A DNA stretch of 64,000 nucleotides, from assembly GCF_036321535.1 (NCBI RefSeq), contig NC_087436.1, forward strand, positions 17,670,001 through 17,734,000, written 5' to 3'. A model generated the notes under the pieces. It made no database searches. It saw only the letters and a program-made list of their open reading frames with translations, and had not been told where the DNA came from. The stretch comes from Camelus dromedarius (lineage: Eukaryota). This document shows positions 25,857-39,439 of the stretch, piece by piece. Each line of letters opens with the position of its first letter. Position 1 is the stretch's first letter. The position numbers were made by a program, and so were the translations under genes.

Positions 25857-28839
25857 TCTGAGCAAATCAATATAAGCCAAGCGGCAGAAGGAATGATAAA
25901 CCAACCAAAAACATGCTTCATACTTTCACAATATCGTTGGTGGAAAGAAAAAAAAAAAAAAACGACTACTTACAAATGAGTCTTTGTTATTAATTAAAAC
26001 AGTTTTGGTAGGAGTTCTACTTGGCAACCTGTTGTAAACAGCTAATTGGAGTTCATTCACATTGTTAAAAAAATGAAAACAAAGGTTTTCTTTTAAAATA
26101 GCCTAATCCCTTTTTCATTCTACTTTCATTCACTTCATTTATAGCAGTTTCATCTCAGTTAGTGAACATGTGGGATTTGGGCAACTAAGAGCCCAAATAT
26201 CATTACCCATTTTAATTCTTCTTGGGTTCATTTTCCCATCCAGTTTAGGATCTCCCCCACTGAACTTACTCATTTACTCAGGGGATTAAAAAAAACAGAC
26301 AAATGCTGCTGAGAGCAAGTCCTAAAGAGACTAATTAAGCAGAGATCCTAAGATGTGCCTCCTCCACTCCATTCCCACCCTTGGTAAGATAAACAGTTAA
26401 GAGTTTTAAGGTAAATATTATTATATAACATTCACTATAAATAACCGTGCCTTAAAAGCTCCAGAGTGGTATCTTTATGGGTCACTACCATGGTTGACAA
26501 TTAGCTGAGGTTGTCCAAAAGCCTTTGATGTACCTTGGTCCCTGCCACATTGCTGAAGCTAAAGAAGTTAAGAATTAGTGGTGATTGCACTCTCCTATTT
26601 CTAGAAAATGTAAAGAAACATAGATTCTGTGGGTGCCTTTCTTTAGTCACCAGTGATGGTCTGGTTTTCTATGGCAAATGAACAGACCCTGCACCATAGG
26701 AAAACAGAAACAGAGGCCATGAGGACAGAGATGGAGGTACAACGCCAGGAGTATACAGTAAGGCATAGGACGTGCAGCATGAGAGGGTTCTTTCCAGGGG
26801 AAGAAATAAAAGACAGGAAGATAGAAGAAATGAAGAGAAGTGTAGAAATGCATCATTAAAGCGGCAGAAAGAAAGAGCAGAGAAACATAGAGACACTGAG
26901 AAGGTGGAAGCCTTTTCAAAGCCCAAGCTGTTGCCATATAAACTGTCTGCATCTGGACCCGGGAAAGGAGGATCCCCAAAGTCTACCACACAGAACACCA
27001 GCACCATCCAACATGGCAGAAGCATTCCCGAGCACAAGCATATGACCCGAGTGGAATGCACTTCCCTGTTTCCAAGATGCGTAGCTTCAACAATCAAATC
27101 ATAATTGACTAACTTACATCTGATTCTATGTTTGCTAAGCAAGTTTTCTTTTGCCCATGGGGGAAAAATATTATACCAATCTAACAAAAACAAACACTGC
27201 AATCAACTTGACATTTGTATTTCTCATTATAAATGAATAATTGGCACAGATGGAAAAAGAAACAGGCAAGGAGGGGTGGAGAAGGCAGAGGGCGAGCCCT
27301 GGGCTAAACCACAGCTTGGGAATAACTAGCACATGGAAACCAGGATTCATCAAACAGAGCTTCACTTTGGTAGCCCCACCTTCACAAAGTGGGAGTTGCA
27401 TTGAAGACCAGATGAACAGAGTCAGATAAGAAGTCAAAAGAAACCTACTGGACGTAAGAGAGGAATTTGAGTAGGGACACAAATGAGGGGGAAATGACAT
27501 GGAGATCAAAACTGAAAAGGCAAAGAGAACTGAGACTCGAGAAGAAAGCATGGCATAAAGCAAGCTGTAAATATGGATGGACTTCAGGGCATTCTTTTTA
27601 TGTGGGGCTCAGTGAGATAAATTCCCAGGGCTCAGAATGAAACTGAAGGGAAATTCCCAGACCGAACACTTTAGGGGTCTTTTATTCCCAGCTTTGGGGC
27701 TACCAAAACTTCCCAGGGTATACAAACCCCATTCCAGCTGGCAGGTATGGCTGTTCTCTTGTATGTGTGGAGGAACAGAGTAATGAGTCTTCAGCCTTGC
27801 CTCACTCTCCATCTCTCCTGGCTCCAGCCCAAGCCCTAGCTCTGCTGGGAAGAACGCAGAGGACCATATAAAAGTAGATCAGACAGAAGAGAAAACAACT
27901 CCCTTAAATTTCCTTAATAAGTCACGTGTTCTAACCACTGAAAGAATTACTGCATTTGGAAGGATGGGGTCTGTCTCAAAAGACAGAGGAAGTATCCAGG
28001 GCTATCAAGGAGTTTCCCTGAGCCATGCTCTTCTATGAAGTGGACCTTCCAAGAATTGTGCTGGGGAAAAGAAAAGGTGCCACTCTTAGGTTATGCTGAC
28101 GTTGGATAAGTCACACTGCTACTTCCTACTCTTACCTTTAGTAAAGAACACTCAAGACTGATGTTCCTTAAAGAGAGACGGAAAAAAAGAAATACCTCAG
28201 TCTTTAGCAAGTGAGAGCTGGTGGGTGTTTCTGTAAGTTACTCAGTGTTTTTCGATCCTCGGAAGTTTCTACTCACCCTCCACCCTCCCATTAATTATGC
28301 AATCCTGTGCTTTGACTGATCTTTTCTACCTCTTGTTAGTGACTAATGATCTGTTGTTGAATTGAAAATATGAGTCCTATTCAGCCCTGAAAAAGAAATG
28401 CACTAAAATAAAGTACTCATGTAAGCACAGTGTTCTTATAAATCTCAGTATTTATGTCTTTAATACTCACCAAGTTATTTGGTGCTGAAAGTAACACTTG
28501 ATCTTCCTCTACAAGGACAAATGGCAAAGTCAACAATAAGAACCATACAGAGATCTCAAGGGGAAAGTTGCTAAAAGAAATGAGAACTCTTGTTCCCTAG
28601 AGCTTTTCCCAACAGAGGTGTGAAGATGGGGACCTTTTTCTTTGACCTGTGCCCAGCTCACTTTTTCAAAGTCCTTCTCCCATGATGCCCACTTTCCTCC
28701 CATGCTCCACCCTTCTCCCTGAATCTTGATTGCCCAGAGCACCTTGGAGCAATTCAGTTTGGGTAGAACTTCCTCGGGCAGTGTCCTACCTACATACAAG
28801 ACATGGGGCAACAGCAAGGTTGAAATCAACACGACCACC

Positions 28840-29090
28840 TAGAAATAAAATTCTAATGAAGCAAACTGTCCTGGCTTCAACAAAACTATTCTGTGCTGTA
28901 GCAAGAAGTAAGAATAGTGTTTACCCTCAGGTAAGTACTTAGAGATTGGAAGGGGACATGCAGGGTTTCTAGGTATTGGAAATTTTCTGTTTCTTGGTCC
29001 AGTGCTGGTTCCACTGGGTGTTTTCAGTTCATGCAAACCCACTGAATATGTGCACTTTTCTAAATGTTAAAGGAAATGTTAAAATAAAAT
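28840..29090 (+). mobile_element. L1ME/MC 3' UTR remnant
   Basis: agaagtaagaatagtgtttacc...ggaaattttctgtttcttg...atgtgcacttttct. Confidence 0.7.
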
Positions 29091-29779
29091 ACAATGGCCT
29101 TAGGAATGACACAAAGCAGGAGAAGTTCAGAGGACTCAAAATATAATGGGCTTTCAATTTGTTGGTCTGCAAGGTGTCTGTGAAAAAGGATCTGAGGAGT
29201 GTCTCCCGCACTGTCCTGAGATGAGGACAAGCATGGCAGCGTCAGACCATCGTGGTTGGAAGTCACTAGTTGATTGGATTATCCAACCAATTCCTCTCAC
29301 TCAGATGCCCATACTTAGCTAGCCATCCATGGAGAGGGAAGAACTTAAGTCTGTTGCTCTAAGTTAATAATGTTCTAATTTTACATAAATCTGTGGAGTC
29401 CCAACCTTTTTTTTTCAGTCTGTGGACACTTTCTAATCTAAAAAAGGATTATCAAATTCTCACATAACAGTAACTGTGCAAACAGTGTTTGTAGTAACTT
29501 CCTAAGTTGTGTGGCCACCAACCTGGGACACACACTAATCCCCCCATAAAATCACCTCCAGTAAAGCATTGCCAATCACTGTGACATGTTTCCCAATTGG
29601 GGATATGTGTAGGCTGGACCCCTTTCTCTGGGCCAATCCAATCAGACTCTGTGAGTAACTGCTTGCTTTCCCCTTGAACAACGATGTATGGGACTTCTAC
29701 TGTGTGTCAGCTATAATAAACAGGGTCATATTGAAGCAATGAAAAAAAAATGTTTTGATATTTTTATCAGAGTGATTTT

Positions 29780-30642
29780 TAAAATTATTTTTTAATTAGG
29801 GTATAATTAACAGACAGCATTATATTAGTTTCAGGTGTGCAAAATAATGATTTAATATTTGTATATATTGCAAAATGGTTACTACAATAAGTCTAATTAA
29901 CATCTGTCACCAAACACAGTTACAGAATTTTTTTCTTGTGATGAGAACTCTTCAGATCTACTCCTTAGCAATTTTCAAATATGCGATACAATATTATTAA
30001 CTATAGTCACCACGCTGCACATATCACCTCACACTTGTTAGAATGGCTGATGTTAAAAAGATAAGAAGTGACAAATACTGGTGAAGATGTTGAGTAAAGA
30101 GAGTCCTGTGCAATATTGGTGGGAATGTAAACCAGTGCAGCCACTATAGAAAATGGTATGATAGGTCCTCGAAAAATTAAAAATAGAACCACCATATGAT
30201 CCAGCAATTCTGACTCTGGGTATTTAGCTGAAGAAAATGAAAACACTAACTTGAGAAGATACAGGAACACCCTTGTTCATTGCAGCATGATTTATAAAAG
30301 CCAAGATATAGAAGCAACCTATATGCCCATGGACCAATGAATAGATTAAGAAATTGTGCTCTCTCCCTATATATCTGTGTATACAATAGAGTATTATGCA
30401 GTCTTAAAAATTATGAAATCTTGCCATTTGCAACAACATGGTAGACCTTGAAAGTATTATGCTAAGTGAAATAAGCCAGAGAAAGACAAATACCCATATG
30501 ATCTCATTTATATGTGGAATCTTAAAAAAAACAAAATGGAAAAGAAAACAAGCTCATCGTGAGAGAGAAGAGATTGGTGGTGGTCAGAGGTGGGGAGAGT
30601 TGGCAGGAGGTGGACAAGGTGGGTGAAGGGAGTCAAAAGATA
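29780..30642 (-). mobile_element. L1 (L1MA9-like), 5'-truncated with 5' inversion (about 29780-30021 minus, 30022-30642 plus)
   Basis: Minus 3' end (ttatattagtttcaggtgtgc...ttaactatagtcacc) abuts a plus ORF2 end (tatcacctcacacttgttagaatggct); TSD cagagtgatttt (29768-29779) / cagagtgatctt (30643-30654). Confidence 0.88.
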
Positions 30643-31972
30643 CAGAGTGATCTTACTATACATTCCCAGAGAAGTCTGCAAAAAGATTTGTTATGAAGTT
30701 TGAGTCTCTTGAACAATCAGTATTCTGGCAACAGGTTATGCTCAAGAATTAGAGCAGGTGTTTTGTATTAGTCTTATACCCATGGCAAGGAACACATTTC
30801 ATAATACCTGTCGATTTAATGGGATTTGATAATTCCAAGAAAGAATCACAAATCACTAACGGAGAGAAGTACCTGCCAATGATTGTGAAGGGACAAATTG
30901 AAAAGCAATTTTAAATATTTGTAAACACATAAGGTTTCAAAATTCATCACTAATCTCTGTGTATGTTTTCTAAAAGTACAATTGACTTTTATCTACTGAA
31001 TCAAAATTCTTTGAAGTTATTTTACACAACTGACTTTGCATTTTCCTTAATCTTCATCCTGCTCCAAAATGGAAATGCTCTAGCTTACATATTTCACACA
31101 GACATTTCAAATATGAATTTTCCATTGAGAGGAAATCTTGCGCCTTCCCTTTGGGGAGAATATCTCAGCATCCAGTTCATGCCATTATTTGAAACATAAC
31201 CTAAAACATTCTGTTGTGTTAATCGTCAGCTCCTCAGCAGTCATGAAGAAAACATTTCTGGAAACTTTATGTCCAGCATTTGGTTGTACCTCAGTTCCTG
31301 TTTTCTCATACCTCATTCTTCTACACTTGACAAGAAGAAGGCATCAACTGCTCTCCCAGAGCAAACTTGGAAAAATATGTAAGAAATCAACATCAGCTTT
31401 AGATCAAATGGTAAAGTGAGACCTAGACACAAGTTGAAGTCATCCACATCTGGAGAGGAGGAAAAAGCAAGAAGTACAAATGTCTTATTTCAATTCCTTG
31501 CATTTGCTTTTCTCTTTTACCTTCCGTTACAACTAACCAAACTATTGAGTTAGAAACCAGTTCCACCCAATAACCTCACCTAGAGCACAGCTTCCCTGGA
31601 TGACATGCTACACCAAAGCCAGATCATCGCAGAAGCAAGGGAAAGGGTGAAATCTGCCATCTCACATCTTTAAGTGAAAGAGAGAAAGAGAAGAAAAAAG
31701 CACCCGAGCAAATTTACAGTACACTTGGGAAAATAGAAAGCATAGCATTGTATTCACATGCAAAGTTATTTAGTGCCTAGTAATCTCCACCCTGAAGCAC
31801 AGAATTCTTTTTCACCTAACCACTTAAGTAATCATTCTTTTGGCACAATAATTATGAATGAGCTTTTCTTTGCATTATCAAAAGATGATATTTTTTCTGC
31901 TTTCTGCTTAAGTATATCAGCTAATTTAAACTAGGAAATCAAAATTATACTTTCGCCTTTAGTCCATGTAAC

Positions 31973-32185
31973 AGATTGGTTCTCAGCCAGGAACAATTTT
32001 GTCCACCAAGGGACATTTGGCAATATCTTGGAGACATTTTTAGTTGTCATAACTTGAGGAAGAGGGGGACTGCCACTGGCATCTAGTGGATGGAGGCCAA
32101 GGACCCTGCTAAATATCCTACAGTGCACGGGACAGCCCTCTCCTGCCCCCACTCCACCCCAAGAAAGAATTATTAGGGCCATTAT
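31973..32185. mobile_element. MER20 hAT-Charlie MITE
   Basis: ggttctcagcc...gggacatttggcaatatcttggagacattttt...actggcatctagtggatggaggccaaggaccctgctaaatatcctacagtgcacgggacagccc. Confidence 0.9.
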
Positions 32186-32254
32186 TCTCGTTCATGTATC
32201 TACTTAGAGAAAGTGTGGGATACCTGTGTCATGCCTTGAGGCCCAGATTAGCCA

Positions 32255-32682
32255 AAAGACTTGCGGTGGATGTCGAGATGTGATGCACAAATCCTCTTCA
32301 AGGAAGAAATTGTCATCCCAGCTGCTGGGGATGCTGCCAGCAAAGGACCCCTTATTGCCAGATTCCTCTAGTTGCCTAGTTCCAGCTGTGGAGGCCCTCC
32401 TCAACCAAGGCCATGGCCTTCCAGGGACACACCACATCCAATGACGGATTGCAGCAACAACATAAAGACCTGGCCATTTTGGCTCCTGAGAAACAACTCT
32501 GAAAGAATATATAAGCTCCAGAGTCCCCATGGGATGGCTGGCCAACATTTCAAGTCAACTTCTCCCTCTGCCCAAGCCTCCTTCCTTCCACAGGTGTTGG
32601 CTAATGATACACATCTCTCACTCTGGTCTCTGACTCAGAACCTGCTTCTGAAGAACCCGCTTCTGAAGAACCCAAGCTGGGA
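32255..32682 (+). mobile_element. LTR16-like ERVL solo LTR
   Basis: cccagctgctgggg...ccaaggccatggccttcc...cacatccaatgac...tcaacttctccctctgcccaa...ctcagaacctgcttctgaagaacc. Confidence 0.75.
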
Positions 32683-35600
32683 CAAGGCTCTTTGGATGGG
32701 AATCCCCTAAGGAAAAAAATATGGTGGAAAAAATAGGCTCCCCTAGCACTTCACATAGGAAACAACTAGAAGGGGTTTGTGGAGTCCACAGAACCCCTGG
32801 GGCAGAGTGAGGCTGGAAATCGGGACGTGGGATCCATCTTTCAGCATGAAGAACTGTGCTGTGGTGGCCAGTTAGAAATGCTCCTGAGATGATGAAAATG
32901 GCTTGTTCAGAGTAAAAGAATAAAAACAATACAACTTCTAAAACTCAAAAAACTTCTAGACACTGACAAAAGACTTCCTCCAAAGTAAACTTTGAGATTT
33001 AAAAACAAACCATAAAGTGCAGTGTTGTACAGGTAAAAAAGAAGGTGCGAATTGAACCCTGAGCTTCCAGGCTGCTCTTCCTCACTTCTCCCCACCTGGA
33101 CTGAGTCACCTCTGGCCACAGCTTCACACCTTAAAAGGCGAGGACAGCCAGAGGTCCCGCTGTGGTTGGCTGCGGGCTCGGGAACTCTGGTGGGGATTCA
33201 AGTAAACTGGATCACAACGTGCGGACACGCCCCTCAGTTCCTTACAAGAGAGTGAAACCACAGACCAACAGGCCATGAACCATGGCTACTTTTAGCAGTG
33301 AGCCATCACAACACAGCTGCACTGTAAAACCTCGAATTTCACCAGTGGTTTTCATCCATGAGAAATAAAAACTTAAATGCATTTGTTGTCAGGATAAGAA
33401 GGGCCACAGAAACTATTTAAAAGTTATTTGATACTGCATAAAAACTGCACGTGATGGTTTGCAAAGAACTGTGTTTTATGGGTCATTATAACTTGCGTTC
33501 TTACAGAAACTCATTTTTCAAACACTATTTTTCTATCTCTTCGGTTGAGCAGATAGGCGTTTATTTTTGACAGATGATTCCAGCTTTTACAATGCAAAAC
33601 ACTTCTGGAAATTATATCTTAAATGAATCTTCATGAGAATGAGCATAAGCTTTTGCAATTGTCAGAAAATATTTAATATCAGTGAGATAGTCAATAAATG
33701 AGCAGGTAACGGTGAGAAGCAATACACAGGGATGTTTATTAAGCAATGTCAAACATGCAAAGCAGAGAAAAGTACAGAGCTTCCAGCGTGCTGCTTCTTA
33801 TATCCATCTCCAAAGAGAATCTGGTAAATAAGCATCATTCCAGACTCCAATGTCCAAATGTCCTAAGTAGTTTACAGTCAACACGGCCATAGTTGTAACC
33901 CTAAACCTAGCATTGTAGGGCTCAAGGTCCAATTGTGAGGACTTTTTTCTTTACAGGCACACAAAGGCAGCCCTGTGGAGACCCGCACTTACCTAGCCCA
34001 AGTCACTGAGTGAGGGGTCCAGTCGGAAAGAAGAGATGCCTAAGAAAAATGGATCACCATAATAGGACCCAGATCCCACTGGAAAGGGAACAAGCAGAGG
34101 AACAAAGAGGAAAACAAATGCTTTGTTGGGGACAGAAGGGAACCAGGCAGCCATCCTAGAAATGCTCCTGTAGATTATAAAGAGGAAGATCTCACTAAAG
34201 GAGTGGAACCACTAAATATGACAGCCTCTGAAAAAGAGAAAGCCAGTCTGAACTTTCTTACCAGAAAGTCTGAGATGCATGTATATATCATATGAGATTA
34301 GATCTCACTGTATAGACCTAGATATCAATGGTATAGATATAGATGGTACAGATATAATCTTGTATAGATGTTTGGTACCTGAAATCTTGCTACATTTTTC
34401 ACGGTTTCTAAGCACGCTTGGTATTCCTTGGGTAAATGACAAAACAAACGGAGACTGGCCTCTCATTATGTATTTTTACTTTTCTATATTCTGTTCGTGG
34501 TGGTAAAAGTAGAAAAGGATTTAGGAGATGCCATGTTAACATTTGCATTAATTCACACTTTCTTTGGAATTTTAATCCTATCAGTCAGGAAATGCAAAAT
34601 TTAAGGTTCTTCCATTTATGTAAATGTATATGCCTTTAATTGGCTGCATTTTTAATTACTAAGGAGCAATTATTATTTTATTGTCCCATTTTTACAAAAT
34701 AGCAAGTTCAGTTTTCTTTGGAGCAACTAATTGTCGTGTAGCTCATGGATTTCAAGCTCCGACTGGATGCATTACTATTGCTTGATGGAGAATATTGTTA
34801 CAGAGGACACGGTTTGCACCTCCAAAATGACATGCACGCACAATGATTTCCCAACTTACAATGCTAAATGAAGTTATAGAGCAATTGGAGAAAGCAGATT
34901 GGTAAGCCAGAAACCTAAAGCTTTTACAAATGCGTGAATGTAGCCTCCAATTTATCCACACCCCTGACTTCTCCATCTCCCGCTGTCCCCCTCTCCTTTG
35001 GGGATTTCAGTGATCATTATCACCTCCACCTGCAAGGGAAAAAGAAAAGACACAAAATTCAAATCAGCGTGTTGCTTTTTTCTAGACTCTTTGAAAGGTT
35101 TATTGGAGAAAAAGTCAAAACTAATAGCCAAAATGAGGTTTGGAGACAATGCTAGATCTCGTTTGTTCCAGCTCTTCCTCAGTCGGCCACCCCATTAGCA
35201 CAGATAATTGAAAGTTTGCTTCATTTATCATAGCATACAAAGCACTTCTGTCATTTTAAGTCAAGACCACAAAAAGAAAACAGGATTTTAAATTGCTGCA
35301 GGAAGGACTATTACAGAGGTAAACTAAATTACTTCAAGGAAGACAAAAGAACTGGTTACCAAAGGAAGTTATGGAATCGTCCCCTTTGAAGATTTTTTTA
35401 CAGTCAGGTAAACAACTCCTTCAGTAAGTTCCTGGTTGGAGACAGAGAAATCAGCCTGTAACTTGTCAAGGTCCTATGCTTCATAGTTCTTTATTAACTC
35501 ACTTTTTAAATGTGATAACTATGGATTTTTTGAAAAACAAGGGAAAAATTGGTGTGAGTTAATTAATGGTATACAACTCAGAAGTCCCCAACCTTCCCCA

Positions 35601-36309
35601 AACTGTGGTTACAAAATATGATTGCATTACCTTTAAAATCCAATGAGCAGTGACCCCAATTGCTACATCCTGCAAGTAGTAATCGTGCTCCTGTCCCCCA
35701 TACATAACACAAACCATGAAGAATCCCCAGGTTTGTTTATTCTGGTTGGTGAGTCAGACACATTCTGTGCAGATCTCCACAATGGGTGACTTCCAGGGAG
35801 CATGACCCACTGATCTTGGTTCCCTCGGGTTCCTTTAATGGTAACTATGAGAATTTGAATACACTGCAGAAGTGACCCTGTCCCCGGGGCCATGTTCACT
35901 GTTTGCACAGCTACTCAGGAAAGGTTCTGTTGATTAACCTAAAATTTAGTGGTTTCTTGAGAAATAATGAAGACACCCTTCCCAAGGACAAATGAAATAA
36001 AAAACGAACTGCTTGCAGCCCAAGTATTAATTGGTTTTGCATCTCTTAGTGATTTGTCTTTTCGAATCCATACCCACAATATTTTAGACAGGGAATTGTT
36101 AATCTTACCCCCTGAAAACTATGCTTCAAATCAAGTTGTATAAGAAATTTTAATGTACGCATCCTGGGGTGGGAATATTTAGCCTCAGTGCTCACCTGCT
36201 TCCCTCCAGTTCCCACATGCTGTTTGGCCACGTGGTAAAACATTGCCGTCAACGTCCAGCTTGTACGTTTCGTGAGGGAAATTATGGTGGCTCAGCTCAA
36301 CATCCTCAA

Positions 36310-37130
36310 CTAAGCATTCATTGAATGCCTGTTGCTGGTACCTGTTGCATGTGAACATGACAAGGTGCCTTTATGCACTTTGCCAGGGGAAATACAAGCC
36401 ACTATGGGAACAGGTAGGAGACACCTGAACCCACCTTCAGGGATCAAGAAGGTTTCCTGGAAGTGACGTCGAAATAGAACCCTGAAAGAAAAAGGAAATG
36501 GGTGTATTTTAGGAAAATAAAATAGTTTGTGCAAAGGATTGCTCGTGCAGGAGGACACACTACACTCAAGGAAAGTTACACAATTCTGATTGGCTGGGGC
36601 AGGAGTCGAGTCATAAAGGATCTTGGATGCCGTGCTGAAGACCCAGAACTTCATCTTACAGGGACTTACCGAAAATCATTAACAGGTTTTAAATGGAGTG
36701 ACAGGATCAAATTAGTGCTTTAGGAGAACATTCTGATAATTAGTTGTAGGAGGGTGAGGCTGGAGGCCCTCAGTAGCAATACAGTACAATGTTGGATCAT
36801 AAAAAAATAAAATAAAATAATTCCCTGAAGAAGGAAGAATTTGAGCTGTGCCCTGGAACTGGAAAAAGTCTTTTCAGGACTAATGGAACAGCATGAATAA
36901 CGTTCAGGAGACAGGAAAATACAAGGACCAAATGTACAAGAAGCAGAAAGTAGGTCACTGGGCTAAAGTGTGAGCCTTGAAAAGGAACATGGTGCACAGT
37001 GAGGCTACAAGAGTCACTGAGGCTGAACTCAGAGAAGATCTCAAATTGCACACTGACTAGTTTTATTCTGATAGCCATGTAGACAGACCGCTTGAAGAGT
37101 TTTGACATGATTCAGTTTTAGAAAACTAAC
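36310..37130 (-). mobile_element. L2 remnants
   Basis: aagcattcattgaatgcct...acctgaacccaccttcagggatcaagaaggtttcctggaag...aacaggttttaaatggagtgacaggatcaaatt. Confidence 0.7.
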
Positions 37131-37289
37131 TCAGGGAGTGAAGCAAATGTTATTTTGCATGACTATATTGACCCATGAGTTTTCCAGAAGCAGAGATCAT
37201 TTCATTCATATTTGAATTTTCAGGACTTATACTGTGTATCTTTGGCAGGTGCTCAATGCATATATTTTTATGTATTAGTTAATTAGAAA

Positions 37290-37345
37290 ATGGTTGGATG
37301 GGTGGATGGGTGGAAGGATGAATGGACAGATGGATGAATAAACAG
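37290..37345. repeat. Degenerate (TGGA)n simple repeat
   Basis: tggttggatgggtggatgggtggaaggatgaatggacagatggatgaat. Confidence 0.8.
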
Positions 37346-38629
37346 ATAAATCATTTGCACCACAAGGATAAATAAGCTTTGGGTGAAATAATTTATCAGA
37401 ACAAGTGAAAAATCTAGGAATCCTATGAAATAGGCAATGGGATTCTCACCATGCCCTGCAGGAGTTAACAGAGAAAATAAACCTTCATCCTCTCTAATGA
37501 GCTTTAGATCTTGATTCTCATCAACTCTTGCAAGTGTGCCTCCCAAAAATCTGCTGGGTGAACAACCTGAGACATTGTTTCCTTCAAAATTGTCTTCAAA
37601 GCCTTGAGCTTTTACAGTGATGGGTTCCCACTTGCCCTGAGGAATAGGATAAGGGGTGTTCCTTCCTTGGGATTGTATACAAAGCCCTGAAGATGGACGT
37701 GAAACATAGTAGATATTATAGGGCAACCACGTAATTTTTTTCCCAGAAATCAAGACCCTGTCTCACACCTAAAATAAAACTTTTAGAATGAGCTCCTTAA
37801 TTAGAAAGAATAAGTTGTTTCCTTGATTAATTGCACATTACAGAAAAAAAGACTATCTAGGAGGTAATAATTTATGGTAGCAATTTGGGGTGATTTTATC
37901 ATAAACTTTCCATGGTTTCATATTGTAGATTTTGGAAAACATAGTACTTTGTCAAAAAGGGAGGGGGGTTGAGGAAGTAAAATAAATATTTAAGCCCAGA
38001 GAGATCATTCCAACAAATGTTCATTCTTAGATCATCTGTTCTTCATTTCATGATATACGTTATAAACAACAGCCTCACTCCAACTCTCACATTGCTGCAT
38101 ACTTTAAAATTCAGCAAATATGTTAGCGCACATATATAATGTATTGTTGTAGTTTGCATTCACAGATAGCACTACTAATGGACTTGTTTGCCATATATAT
38201 GGTTAAGGTTAAAAATCTCAGAGGGAAACTGACAGTCTTGCCACGTGGGCAGACGCATAGGAGAACTGTCCTATTTTTGTAGCTCTAGAGACCATTTTAG
38301 AGCAAATCATTTCTCATGACTCTGTCTCTTTGCTCAATGGGTTACTGATATCTTTGCTCTAAAAGAGCTACACGAATTTACTCACTGCCAAGTGGGTCTT
38401 TTGGCTGCTGCTACATCCAGAATATCTTAACTATACGGCAAGGCTTTAAATTGTGTTTCAGGATGTCAATTTAACGTTTCTTCTTCTGCAAACCTGCAGT
38501 CATCTCTTGCTGCAGTTTTCCAAACAGCTGCTAAGGATTTTTCTATCTTTTGGTAGGGAAGCAATGTAGCATTAGACAGGGGTAGCAAATAATCTTCCAT
38601 GGTTAGGGGCTTTGTTTTGTTTTTGTTTT

Positions 38630-38915
38630 GTATTTTAAGACTTGGTAATTTTTTCAGAGCAGTTTTAGGTTCACAGCAAAATTGAGTGGAAACGACAGCA
38701 ATTTCCTATATACTCCCTGCCCCTACACATGCATACCCTCCCCCACATCAACATCCTCTACAGAGTGGTACCCTTCTCACAACTGATGAACATACATGGA
38801 CTCCTCATGGTCACCCAGAGTCCATAGTTTACTTTAGGGTTTTCTCTTCCTCTTATACGTTCCGTGAGTTTGGTTATGTGTATAATGACATGTATCCACC
38901 TTTATAGCATCATAC
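38630..38915 (-). mobile_element. L1MC-type 3' end
   Basis: agagcagttttaggttcacagcaaaattgag...cagagtggtacc...cacccagagtccatagtttactttagggtt. Confidence 0.85.
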
Positions 38916-39094
38916 CATGGGTTAGCTTTACAGTGTACAGAAAATCAAACAGGCGAATCAAAAATACACACATACACACACTACTCATTGCCAAGAGCTA
39001 AATTTTATTCAATGTAAAAGACTAAACTTTTGAAGTCATGTCCTTTCTACATATTTTTTTCAATAAAATATACTTTCTCCTGTGGAATGATAAA

Positions 39095-39235
39095 GGCAAA
39101 ATGAAAATAATAGTCCTTACTTTGCGGGAGAGTGTGAGGATTAAACAGGATAATCCATGGAGTCGGTGGCACAGTGTCTAGCTAATAACAAATGATTTTA
39201 AAAATGTTAAGCAGGATTGTTATTATTGGTGTGAT
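39095..39235 (+). mobile_element. MIR 3' half
   Basis: aaaatgaaaataatagtccttac...gtgaggattaaacaggataatcc...ggcacagtgtctagc. Confidence 0.7.
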
Positions 39236-39439
39236 TATTCATTACTTTTTGTTGGTTTTGCTTTTTTTCTTTTCCTTTTGCTGTTTTCCAAGTAAAGATA
39301 CTGTTTTTTAAATCATCTTACTTGGAATAAGAAAAAAGCTTGAAAAATTATGTCAGCTCTTCTTCCTTTTTTGCTTAAAACTTAAAATCCAAACGTTTGG
39401 AAATGACCAAGCGGAAGGAAAGCAGACCTGAAGTGTACT

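Noticed and set aside
26669..27202. Longest ORF in the track (177 aa)
   Set aside because: Non-ATG start, low-complexity composition from a purine-rich opposite strand, no recognisable domain; only the 63-nt sub-segment has splice signals.
27867..27928. TATAAAAG plus downstream GTCACGTG as a promoter
   Set aside because: Short motifs expected by chance in 64 kb; no CpG island or downstream exon.
28853..28940. Consensus plus-strand donor CAG|GTAAGT at 28930
   Set aside because: Lies inside an old L1 3' UTR remnant with no convincing acceptor upstream.
32638..32672. 15-bp tandem duplication gcttctgaagaaccc
   Set aside because: Ordinary slippage at the end of an old LTR; only two units.
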